A stretch of DNA of 64,000 bases from the human T2T-CHM13v2.0 reference genome, Homo sapiens: assembly GCF_009914755.1 (NCBI RefSeq), contig NC_060929.1; one strand, 5' to 3'. The notes below the pieces were generated by a model. It did no database searches. It was not told where the DNA came from and worked only from the letters and a program-made list of their open reading frames with translations. The translations under genes and the position numbers were made by a program. Shown one piece after another: positions 27,466 through 50,884 of this stretch (its first letter is position 1; the number at the start of each line of letters is the position of its first letter).

Positions 27466-27521
27466 TGAGGTGGCTCACGCCTGTAATCCCAGCACTTTGG
27501 GAGGCCGAGGTGGGTGGATCA

Positions 27522-27969
<448 letters not shown>

Positions 27970-28177
27970 TCATTCCAACCTGGGTGACAGAGTCAGACTC
28001 CGTCTCAAAAAAGCAAAACAACAACAACAACAACAAAAGAACGAAACTATCCAGGTATATGAAATAAGTGAAAGACTGTAAGCCAAATGGCAACATGTCA
28101 CCTTTTGGCCGGGTGGAGGTTTCCAGGGCACTTTCACTTACTTGAGTTTTTTTTTTCCAAAATGAGTATTATTTTTA

Positions 28178-28531
<354 letters not shown>

Positions 28532-28847
28532 TCAATATTGTTGGGTCAAAGGTAAATTGATGTAATATTGGAATATGTATTTAGAGTTCTAAAATTATTC
28601 ATACCCTTTAGCCCACTAATTCCACTTGTAGGATTAAGCTCAAGGAAATGACCAGAAAGAAAAGAAGTAGTGTGTACAAAGATGGTCATAGAAATGCTAT
28701 TTATAAAACTGGAAAATTGGAAAAATCTCAAAAGTTCAACAATAGAAGTAAGGCTGAGCAAACTGGTACATTGTCAAGATAGAAAACTATGAAACACTGA
28801 CTAGTGCATGAACTAGGTGGACACACAGAAGTGGTAGCTGAAGTTTA

Positions 28848-30657
<1,810 letters not shown>

Positions 30658-30726
30658 ATACAGATGGCAGCTATGCAAAACGGATATGTGAATTAACAAA
30701 GATCAGAGAATAACATATGGAGTACT

Positions 30727-34928
<4,202 letters not shown>

Positions 34929-35175
34929 ACATGCTTTTTTCTGTTTGTGGTTGTTCTCTTTTTTTTTTTTTTTTTGGTCACTTAACATCATGTTTCTGAG
35001 AATTAATCATGTTGAAAGATGGTAAATTTAGTTTTTCACAGACGTCATATTAGTTCATTCATTTTTTCTGTATTTTTTTATTGTAGGGACTATCCTATAT
35101 ACATTTATTGATTACTATATGATGGAGATTGAGGTTGTTTCCAGATTTTTACTATTATAGATAATATTATTATTG

Positions 35176-35307
35176 GTGGAGGTCTATTCCAATGGGGCTT
35201 TTCCTGTAGCTGCATGTTGTTGGAAACTCCTCATAGACTAACTCTGTGGTTTTGCTTTACTCACAGGACTATTAGTTAGGTCTGTGGGAAGGAACTACAA
35301 GACAGTT
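35176..35307 (+). ncRNA. SNORA18: SNORA18 (ACA18)-like box H/ACA snoRNA retrocopy
   Basis: 132 nt closely resembling recalled SNORA18 (GTGGAGGTCTATTCCAATGGGGCTTTTCCTGTAG...GGAACTACAAGACAGTT). H box AGACTA at 35235-35240 and ACA at 35302-35304, three nt from the end. Confidence 0.87.
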
Positions 35308-35785
35308 GCTAAAATTATGAAAGACCTAATAATGTATCTTTTACTGTAGATATTGGCATATTCCACAGATCTGTACTATTATTCTTGAGTGTGATAGCTT
35401 AGAAATGAGTATGATTGAACACATGTTTAGAGAGGGTGTCAAATTGAGAACCAGGAAGATCCACCTACTCTAAAAATTACCCTAAAGTAAATTGGTTGTA
35501 GAAATTAGATCCCAAAGATTATTGATTTTTTCCATAGGTGAATTTTGAAGCCTCCGTGAATATATCCATATTAAAAGGAGATGAAAGAAGCCAAAATAAA
35601 GAATTATGGTATGACGGGATAACTGAATTAAGCATCACTTCTATTAAAAAGGGCTAATTTGAAGATAAATCTATTGAAGATAACTTTTGACTCCAACTCT
35701 TTAGAGGAACTTTAGTTCCTTGATGGACAGTGGAAGGAACCTCAACATGAAATTTCTTGAATGAAAATTTATTGACTTAATAATA
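35308..35785 (+). pseudogene. Retroposed host-gene (TAF1D-like) downstream intron remnant plus spliced non-coding exons attached to the SNORA18 copy
   Basis: Non-repeat sequence continuous with the snoRNA. It resembles recalled TAF1D 3' non-coding exons (CCCTAAAGTAAATTGGTTG..GAAATTAGATCCCAAAG; GATGGACAGTGGAAG..AATTTATTGACTT), has an acceptor-like TTTAG at 35426-35430, and ends in a (TAA)n tail. Candidate TSD ATAATATTAT 35161-35170 / ATAATACTAT 35786-35795. Confidence 0.65.
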
Positions 35786-35801
35786 ATAATACTATGAACC
35801 T

Positions 35802-36155
35802 TATGGCAGACATGGAGAGGCATAGCCCAGATCTTCTTTCAAGGAAAGGCTTGTTGCCTCAACTGCTGAGAGTGCTGTCAGTGTACAACGTTCATCCAGC
35901 TTTCAGTCCCTTTAGAGAATCATTTCAGTTTCACCCAAGGTTGACCCTTCCAAGGACAACCCACATCCCATGACTGGGCGAATGCATAGACACCTAGCCC
36001 ACTGTAGGAGCAACCTAGCTCCATAGCTCCCCATGGAGTCAGGGCTATTGGGCCCCCATCACAGCATGATGTCTTCATCTTCCCTCTCCACTCCCTCCTA
36101 TTCTTTTCAACAAAGGGCACACCCTAGTAAACAACCAGTGCGTTAAATTCCGTCA
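35802..36155 (+). mobile_element. ERVL LTR fragment (LTR16 group)
   Basis: TATGGCAGACATGGAG...CAGATCTTCTTTCAAGGAA...CCATGACTGGG layout similar to the other LTR16-like copies. Confidence 0.45.
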
Positions 36156-36974
36156 ACATTAACAGATTAATGAAGAAAAATGTGATTATCTCAATAAATG
36201 CTACAAGTTACTCTGTGGGAGAGAGAGGCCATATGGAGGAGCACGGAAGCACCAGACACATGAGTGGAGAAGCCATATTGGATGTCCAGCCTGGTCAAGC
36301 CCCAAGTGAGAACCACCCAAGCAAGCCCAGAACCACCAACCAAGCCCTACAGAGACAAGAGAAACAATAATAAATCATTGTTTTTGCATCACTTTAAATC
36401 TTAGAATGGCTTGTTACAAAGTAGTATTATGAGAACCATAGAATAGAAGAAAACAGCCTATGGCAAAACCCCATCTCTACAAAAAATACAAAGATTAGCC
36501 AGGCGTGGTGGTGCACACCTACAGTCCCAGCTACTAGGAAGGCTGAGGTGGGAGGATTGCTTGACCCGGGAGGTTGAGGCTTCAGTGGGCTGTGCTCATG
36601 CCATTGCACTCCAGCCTGGAAGACAGAGTGAGACACTGTCTCAACAACAAAAAATAGAAGAAAACTTTCTGGCCAGGTGTGGTGACTCATGCCTGTAATC
36701 CCACACTTTGGGAGGCTGAGGTGGGCGGATCACTTGAGGCCAAGAGTTCCAGACCAGCCTGGGCAACATGGGGAAAACCTGTCTCTACTAAAAAAAAAAA
36801 AAAAAAGAAGTAGAAAACTTATATAATAATATATAACTACCAAAAGGTATCTATGACAAATACCTTAAGAATGATAAATTTGTAAAATTATTTTCGTGAA
36901 TGTCCAGAAGACGACTAATAAATACCAGAAGTTCCTAATCAACACTCTATTGGAGGCTTTGGCTATAAGACCTG

Positions 36975-38291
<1,317 letters not shown>

Positions 38292-38319
38292 TTAGAAATG
38301 CTGTTATTGTTCTAGGTTC

Positions 38320-39080
38320 TGTAATTGCCAGATGGGTTCTTCTTGCCCACTGCACAGATAAAATGAATTCACTGCAGTAGAGCAAGAGTTTAATTGACAT
38401 GAGACCAACCACATGGGAGAACTGGGGTTATCACTCAAATCAGTCTCCCCAAAGGCTTTCAGGTTAGAGTTTTTATGGACAATTTGGTGACGGGGCTAGG
38501 GAATCGGTGCTGCTGATTGGTTGGGGATGGAAATCATAGGCGTTTGGAAAATGGTCCTTGTGCTGAGTCTGCCTCTGGATGGGGCCATAGAACCAGTTGA
38601 GTCACCAGGCCAGGTGGGATCAAGTCTGAAAAATCTCTCAAAAAACCCATTTTAGGTTCTACAATAGTGATGTTATCTATAGGAGCAATTGGGGAAGTCA
38701 CAAATCTTGTGACCTCTGACCGCATGACTCCTGAGCTGTAAGAGACTGTAGAGACTATACCTACCTTGTGACCTCTGGCCACATGAATCCTGAGCAGTAA
38801 GGGATTATACAAACTATACTACATTTTATCAGAGTTCAGACCCCTCCCATAATCCTAATCTTTCGGCCTTTCATTAGTCTTACAAAGGCAGTTGTCAGTC
38901 CCTGAGCAAGGAGGGAGGGAGAGACTGTTTATCATCCTTGCTTTCAAGTTAAACTACAAATTTCTCCCAACGTTAGCTTGGCCTATGCACAAGAATGACC
39001 AAGGACAGCTTGGAGGTCAGAAGCAAGATGGAGTCAACTATGTCAGAGTTCTCTGTCATAATTTTGCACAGGTGCTTTCA
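38320..39080 (-). mobile_element. LTR8-family (ERV1/MER4 group) solo LTR
   Basis: Minus strand begins TGAAAGCACCTGTGCAAAATTATGACAG, with TG...CA termini and a 4-bp TSD GTTC at 38316-38319 and 39081-39084. Confidence 0.8.
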
Positions 39081-39415
39081 GTTCTAAACTTTATTAAGTT
39101 ATATTCAGATTTTTTACATTAGGTAAGATGAATAGAGAAAGGAGTACTACAAAGTGAGGAAGAACTCAAACTCCATTTATTATTTAGCTTGGAATTTGAA
39201 AAATTATTTCAAACAACATAATGAAGCCACACTCTGAAAATCTGCTTAGGAGATTCTGAAAGTCTACTTCTGAAAAAACTATTTGTAATAATCCACTCAA
39301 ACTGAAGTGAATTACTAGAATGTAAACACCACATCCCTATTCATATTTGTGTTCTCAATGTGTCATGAATCAGTGAATGAGTAGTACCAAATCTTTTTAA
39401 AGCACAGATGGTGTT

Positions 39416-40138
39416 CGTGGCAGCCATGAGAACGTTCCTTTCAGATCTCCCAGCGTGACAGACTGAGGGCCCTGACTGCTGCATTTGGAATCCACCACAC
39501 TCCCCTAGGCTGCTCTCAGCCAATGACTGAGTGTGGCAGGAAGACAGGCAGGCCTGCTTCTGTGAGACTCAAAATTCAGGTAACTTTGCCTTGAGGATTC
39601 CCCATTGGCCTAGTGAAAACTTTCTTAGATGGACTCTACTCTTAACATGCTTCTTACTGAAATTTCCTTTCCTCTCCCTCTCCTTCATATGGGTCTGACC
39701 TGGATCATCCTTGCTCTGTTCTTGCTCCAGCTTCCTTCTCATTTTCCTCCATAGGCATTTCCCCTACCAAAATCTCTTGCACATCTGATCCCATTTTTGT
39801 GACTGCTTCTTGGAGGATTTTTTTTTTTTTTTTGAGACAGGGTCTGGCTCTGTTGCCCAGGTTGTAGTGCAGTGGCACAATCTTGGCTCATTGCAATCTC
39901 TACCTCCTGAGCTTAAGCCATCCTTCCACTTATCCTCCTGAGTAGCCAGGACTACAGGAGTGAGCCACCATGCCCAACTAATTTTTGCATTTTTTGTAGA
40001 GACGGGGTTTCACCATGTTGGCCCGGCTGGTCTCGAACTCCTGACCTCAAGTGATTCACTCGCCTCGGACTCCCAAAGTGCTGGGATTATAGGCATGAGC
40101 CGCCACACCCAGCCTTTTTGGAGGCTCTTAGCTAACAC
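39416..40138 (+). mobile_element. LTR16-like solo LTR (ERVL) with an Alu near its 3' end
   Basis: GTGGCAGCCATG start and the same CAGCCAATGACTGAG motif as the LTR at 45335; ends TGCTTCTTGGAGG...AACACA around an Alu at ~39818-40114. Confidence 0.55.
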
Positions 40139-41204
40139 AGTGGTTAAGTGTATAGGTTTCAAAGGATTCCTTAGATAGGTCATTAAAAACAGACAGGTAT
40201 TAGGATGTACTCAAAGATTTAGCTGCAAGGATGTAAGTGATAACAACTTAAATGTTCTTCTGAAGGGACTGATAAGGTAAATGATTGTGTAAATGCACAA
40301 TGGAATTTTAATAAGATAATACTAAAGGTGAATTTAATTTTCTTTTTTTACAGATGGGTCTCATTATGTTCCCCAGGCTGGTCTCAAACTCCTGGGCTAA
40401 AGCAATCCTCCCACCTTGACCTCCCGAAGTGGTGGGATTACAGCTATAAACCACTGTGCCCAGCCCTGAATATTTATTAGTATCTTCAACAACCATTGTA
40501 AAAAAAAATTTACTTATTTATGTTATAGGACAGCTCCCTGAGCCAGAAGACTCAGAGAGACTCCTGAAAAAGATAATTTACAGATTAAGTATTTACAGTG
40601 GTATCTCATTTTTGCAAATGAGCCTAGAAGCCTAGAAAATGGTATAAAAAGACATACACTAAAGTTTTAAAAGGGATTGTCTCTAGGTAGTATTTAAAGT
40701 TTCTTGGCCGGGTGTGGTGGCTCACCCCTGTAATCCTAGCGCTTTGGGAGGCGAGGCGGGCGGATTGTCTGAGCTCAGGAGTTTGAGACCACAGTGGATA
40801 ACAAGGTGAAACCCCGTCTCTACTAAAATACAAAAAATTAGATGGGTGTGGTGGTGTGCGCCTGTAGTCCCAGCTACTCAAGAGGCTGAGGCAGGAGTTG
40901 CTAGAACCTGGGAGGCTGAGGTTGCAGCGAGCCGAGATTGCACCACTGCACTCCAGCCTGGGCAACAGAGCGAGACTCCGTCTCTTAAAAAAAAGAAAAA
41001 GTTTGTTGTTTTGGTTTATCTATAGTTTTAAATTGGTCTACAGTGAACATGCGTTGCATCTGCAGTAACACTAAAAGTCATTATTTTTTTGCAACCTCCA
41101 CCTCCCAGGCTCCAGCAATCCTCCTGCCTCATCCTCCCAAGCAGCTGGGACTACAGGTATACACCACAATGCCTGGCTAATTTTTGTATTTTTGGTAGAG
41201 ATGA

Positions 41205-41324
<120 letters not shown>

Positions 41325-41412
41325 TAAGCATGATTCTCTTAGGCACTGTTAAAATTTAGAATAGTCCAGGTTGGCTGGGCACAGTGACTCACACCTGTAA
41401 TCTCAGCACTTA

Positions 41413-41712
<300 letters not shown>

Positions 41713-42374
41713 TCAGCCTGCAAATAGCTGCTGCACTCCAGCCTGGGCAAAATAGTGAGACCCCAAGAATATAAAAATAAAAATAATAAAACTTTAAAAT
41801 TTGTTAGATGTAAACTTTGTTCACCTTCTCAACTGTCTTCAATTGCCCTTCTTTCCGAAGGCACTGCCTGTATCCCAGAGCACCCCGGCACTGCTGCCCT
41901 TGCAGAGATCAGTGGCCTGCATGCCCCACTTGTTGAACCTCTCTGTGCTAAGTCACCCTTCATTTCTAGGTTGGCTGAAATGCCACACTGGAGCACAGAC
42001 TCTGGCTTCCTGAAGGGCTGGATGAGGCAACATGGAAGCGTGAACTCCCTGTGGGGTGAAACTTGACTCTGAGGAAAGGAGAAATAGGAAGGAACCAGAC
42101 AGACATGCTCCCTCTTCTTTCCATTTACTCCACTGAGTAAGATTTCTTCTTGTGTCCCTTTTGGGAAAACCCCCCTTGCTGAGGAAGAACATGTACAGAG
42201 TGACCTACCACGTCTCCTAAAGTGGTGCCAGGGCTCTCAGGGATCACTGTGCAGAGCTTCCCAACTTTCCTCACATCATTTCTTTCTTTTTCCTGTCTAG
42301 CCACTCGGGAGTTGAAAATAAGGATAATTGGCCATAATTGATATAATGTACAATACCAAAAAGGGTACTCATAG

Positions 42375-44040
42375 CAGATCAGGACACGAACTGCTCAGAT
42401 CCCCCTTAAAGAATTTGCTACTGAATGCAAGGAGTGAGGCTGCATCCAGGGGATGATGAAACTTGCTACCAGGGTACTCCTAGAAGCCTGAAAAAAGCAA
42501 TGGCCCTCACAGAGACTGTATTAAAATGCTTCCCATGGTATAGGGAAGAGAAAGGGAGTAAAAGGCTCAGGAAGTGGGAATGCTGGAATGGATAAATTAC
42601 ACGGGGCCAAAATAAGGAGTATGTTCTCCAGGAAAGCTCAAAGGACACACATTTACCAAGAGCATTAGTAATATGATGATGGCAGGGGCCCTAGCATGGT
42701 GATGAAGTTCAGTGTGGCTCTCCTCCACAGGCCAGGGTTAATGGTCAGTGAAGCAGTCACATAATTTGGCTCACGAATAGCAATGGCGATGAAAAGACCT
42801 GAACAACAGAGGCCAGGTGGTAGCACTTCACCACCAAAAGCCAGAGGGTCACAATGTCCACAGTTATGGTTAATAGAAAACAACATCCCTGGGGGCAAAA
42901 TAGCTGGGCAGCCAACAGGCACTGCTTAATGTACATGATCAAAATAGAGCAAGGGTAGATGAGCAGGAGGTTGAGGGCAGTTACCCAAAAGGATCTCTCT
43001 TGCCCAGTTTCTGCACCTAAATCAGTTTTCAGACCTAGTGCCCATTGCTTTAAGAGATGGCCAGATCCCAGTACCAAGAACCCTGCAATACATAGTGATT
43101 TCTCCAGTTCTTCTGTGGAAGACATGAGTGACTGTTCACTGGAGTGAGGGATTTACTCCAACATTCCAGGAACTTCTGGAGACAGGGTCCAAGTTGACAC
43201 AGATACCCAATGACTGGAAACATCATCATGGGCTGTGTTAGAGGGGGGGCCTACAGGGGCCAGTAAATGAAGCCCTGGCCCAGGAGTGAGTCCAGTGGTC
43301 TATGAAACTACCTGGTGAATATTTCCCTGGTCCCCAAATATCTCATTGGGATTGACACTGTGGCAGAGTAACCCACAGGCTGTACCTGTTGGTGGGGGCT
43401 ATGATAATGGGGAAGGTCTGGTAGAAGCCTCCCAAACTGCCTCCCTCCCACCAAGATAGTGAATCAAAACCAGTATAATCCTGGAGAGGGATGGCAGAAG
43501 TTAGGGCCACTCTTAAAGATGCAGGCATGCTGGTCCCTAACCTACCTCTGTTTAATTTGCTGGTCTGGTCCTTGCAAAAACCAGACAGATCCTGGAGACT
43601 AACGTTCAACCAAGAAATAGACCTGATCACAGCTGCCTGGCCAGATGTGGTGTCTTTCCTAAAACAGATAATACAGTCTCTGGTACACAGTATGCAGCCA
43701 CTGATTTGGCAAATGTGTTCTCTTCTATCTCAGTTAGGAAAGAAGATCAGCAACAATGTGCTCCAGGGCCATGTTAATTCTTTGACCATCTGTCATAATA
43801 TAGCCTGAAGACATTGGGACCATCTGGACAAATTGCAGAATATCATGTTGATTCATTCATTACATTGATGACATCATGCTGATCAGGCCAGGATTAGTAA
43901 GAGAATACTATCATGCTGGAAATGCTGGTAAGGCACATGCACTCTAGAGCGAGATAAACCGTAAAAAAATTAGGTACTTTCTACCTCAGTAAAGTTTCTG
44001 CACATCCTGTGGTCAGGACATTCCCTTAAGAGTAAAGAAC
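42375..44040 (+). mobile_element. Decayed ERV-L class provirus internal region (gag/pro/RT remnants; HERV16/ERV3-16A3-like) with a 5' LTR remnant
   Basis: ORF 43491-43808 (AEVRATLKDAGMLVPNLPLFNLLVWSLQKPDRSWRLT...AAWPDVVSFLKQI) resembles the ERV-L RT N-terminus. The catalytic motif H-YIDD-IMLI has YIDD at 43861-43872. Many stops and frameshifts. Confidence 0.8.
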
Positions 44041-44044
44041 AGGC

Positions 44045-44878
<834 letters not shown>

Positions 44879-45334
44879 TCCTAGCACCTTGGTAAGCCAA
44901 GGCAGGAGGACAGCTTGAACTCAGGGGTTCGGAACCAGTCTGGGCAACATAAGGAGACACCCGTCGCTACAAAAAAAAATTAGTTGAGCGTGGTGGCGCA
45001 TACCTATGGTCCCAAGCTACTCAGGATGTTGAGGTGGGAGGATTGCTTGAGCACAGGAGGTAGATGCTGCAGTAAGCCAAGATTGCACCACTGCACTCCA
45101 GCCTGGGTGACAGAGCAAGATCCTGTCTTAAACAAACAAACAAAAATTAAAAAGAAAAGAGAAAAAGGAGCACCAGTTGTGGCTGCGAGATCAGCTGTGG
45201 CTATGGAGGCTGTAGTTTGCCCCAATAACCTCCCTCTTTTGTTTTCCCTCGGGAACAGAGGCCTACCAGAGCCCTAGAGGAGATGCTTCCCACGTGTTTT
45301 TATGAAGTGGATCCATGTGGCACACAAGGTAAAC

Positions 45335-46316
<982 letters not shown>

Positions 46317-47040
46317 CCAGTGGATTTGCAAATGGACCCCGGAACTGAAGTTGCTCCCTGCTCCCAACCCTGGGATGTGTAACCTAACTAATCTGAACTG
46401 CTGTTTTCTCCTATATAAATTAAAGATGCTTATTCCTTTCATACCTACATTTCATGGTTATTATGAGGTGAGAAAATGCTATATAATTTGAAAATCACTA
46501 TGTAAACTATTATAGTTTTTATGAAAAGTTCTAAAGAGTTAAAGCATTTCCTGAATTACCTAAAGATGCACAATAGTTCTAAAAACTTCAAACAGATAAT
46601 AGTTTTAAGCCCTTTGAAGGCTGGTATGGTGTATGTGGGGTTTTTCTGTAGCTTTGCTTATTCCCAGGGAGTAACTTATACACTGAGAGATCTTGCTTGG
46701 CAATCAGATACAGACCTAAACAAAGAATTGTAGAGTACTATAGTAACCTATCATGGGAATTTTGGTTTGTTTCTCTTCATTTCTAGGATAACAGTTACTA
46801 ACATAGCACGAACAAGAAACACTGAAACATCTCATTTGACAAAACACAGTGGCCAGTGTATTGAGAGGAAATACTTAACACCTGTGTAACTGTGAACCAA
46901 TTTTGTGTATCACTATTCTGATAAGATAAAATTTTCTATCCATGAATAAATATAATTTCATGTTATTTTACTCTTAACACCACTTGACGAAATATTATAA
47001 TTTTAATATACGTGCACATAAAATATTTCTTATAACATTC

Positions 47041-49252
<2,212 letters not shown>

Positions 49253-50269
49253 TCAGGACAATACTGAACCAAGTGTTGAAGCTTAGAGTTTAAGATGGAC
49301 AATACTGAACTAAGTTTGAAGCTTAGCTAGTTCAGTACTGTTCTGTCATCTGAATAAACAGCTGTTTTTACTGAACCTAACAATACAAGGCTAATCCAAA
49401 CGGTTTTGTATATACTTTAGAAATGTGAATAAATGTAAAAGAACTAATTTCCATTGTGCTTTACTATGGTGCACAACATCTGTGACTTGAATACTAATCG
49501 GAAAAAGAATGCCAATAATTATTATAAAGTCTACTAATTTTAAGAATGTGTTTCATCATAGTTTAGTAAGAATAGCAGAGATTGATATGACTGTTTTTGT
49601 ATATGCATTCTGGGAACTCCCATAATTGAATACAACTTCAAAAGGGCTAAAGCCCAGTGACCTCAAAACGAGGTTCACAGAACAGTACATAATGATGAAA
49701 CCTGAAGCAATAAAACACCAATGAACTGAAATGTAAACATTCATGCTGTTAGGACATGGCATTTTCATTTTTCATTTTGTTTTGGACTGTTACTGGGCTT
49801 TCCTCAGACACCTTCCTTTCATATATTAAACTCTGTCTTTCCAGAAAAGCTTCTGGAATTGTTTTTGTTTTTTGTTTTGGTCTCAAGGGCATTAGGGGAG
49901 AACCTAACAGGCTGGGGGCGAGCCCCACATAGTTCAGCACACCGTTCCCCGCGGCAACACGCTACTTCTGAACGCAGGAGCGACTCTCCGTCCGGGCTCC
50001 CTCCAGGAGAATGGAGGCAAATGTACATTCGAGGGTCTCAATACCTGGAATTCGAAACGTCTCAGTTCCTCCGCCTTAGTTCCTCTTTTCCCGGGTTCGG
50101 AGGCCACCTGTGCAGCAGGGCACACCTGCCACTCTCATCGCCCTCGGAGCCGGCAACCAGCCGACAGCCGGCTCCAGCCCCGGGGAACTGGAGGCTGCGC
50201 GGAAGGAAGGAGAGTCGGGAGCGCGGCCGCTCGCGGGCTGGCTCAGGGGACGCCGAGAGGAGGCGCCGG

Positions 50270-50370
50270 CGCGCGCGGGCGGGGTGCGCGCGCCGCCGCC
50301 GCCGCGTCACCAGCGTGCGGCACGTGCCCATGTTTACGTCCCTCGTGGAGCCGCCGACGTCAGCAGTCGA
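50270..50370 (+). promoter_or_regulatory. JMY core/proximal promoter motif cluster and candidate TSS near 50365
   Basis: GGGCGGGG 50277-50284, CGTCA 50305-50309, GCGTG 50313-50317, palindromic GGCACGTGCC 50319-50328, TGTTTAC 50331-50337, GACGTCA 50356-50362, Inr-like CAGT 50364-50367. TATA-less. TSS position is inferred. Confidence 0.6.
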
Positions 50371-50884
50371 ATGGCAACATTGTGGCGATGCTGAGGCGCA
50401 GAGTTTAGGAGACGGGTTCATCAGTCAGGCCGGCTCCGGGCTTTCTGCAGCAGCACCAGGGGCGGGGGCGGGGATCTTGACCTGGGCGAGCGACCGGGAC
50501 GCATACAGCGCCGGCCTGACCCCGCGGGACCCGCGCCTCACCACCGGAGCGCCGCAGACGCAGCTCCACGGCCTCGCGCGGGGGGCGGCGGGCGGCCGCG
50601 AGGCGCTGCGGCAGCGCGGAGCTTGTAAACAGATCCGGCCGCAGGTGACCATGTGAACTACCTGCTCCCGGGACGCTTATTGTCCTTCTCTCGATCCGCG
50701 CCACAAAGGAGCTCGGCGGTCGGGGCGCGGAGGGACAGGCGAACGAGCCGGGAGAGCCGGCCGGCGCACTAAGATGGCTGAAGGCGCCCGGCGAGGGTGA
50801 GCGGGGGGCGCGGCGCAGCCAGCGGGGAGTCCTCGGGCGGGCCGGGCCGGCGGCCCTTCCCCGCGGCGAGAAGCCGGAGCCACC
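50365..50884 (+). other. JMY: JMY 5' UTR (inferred) with four upstream AUGs (50371, 50388, 50651, 50774)
   Basis: uORFs read directly from the sequence: MATLWRC* 50371-50394, MLRRRV* 50388-50408, M* 50651-50656, MAEGARRG* 50774-50800. The 5' boundary is uncertain. Confidence 0.65.

Noticed and set aside
42101-42110. AGACATGCTC p53 half-site upstream of a p53 cofactor gene
   Set aside because: A single decamer with no adjacent matching half-site, as expected by chance.
43491-43890. RT-like ORF with a YIDD motif as a possible domesticated or active reverse transcriptase
   Set aside because: Frameshifts and stops separate the motifs and the rest of pol is missing, so it is a decayed ERV-L.
49859-50656. 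265-aa plus-strand ORF through the promoter
   Set aside because: Non-ATG start upstream of the inferred TSS and explained by CpG-island composition. Only its final ATG-TGA is treated as meaningful.
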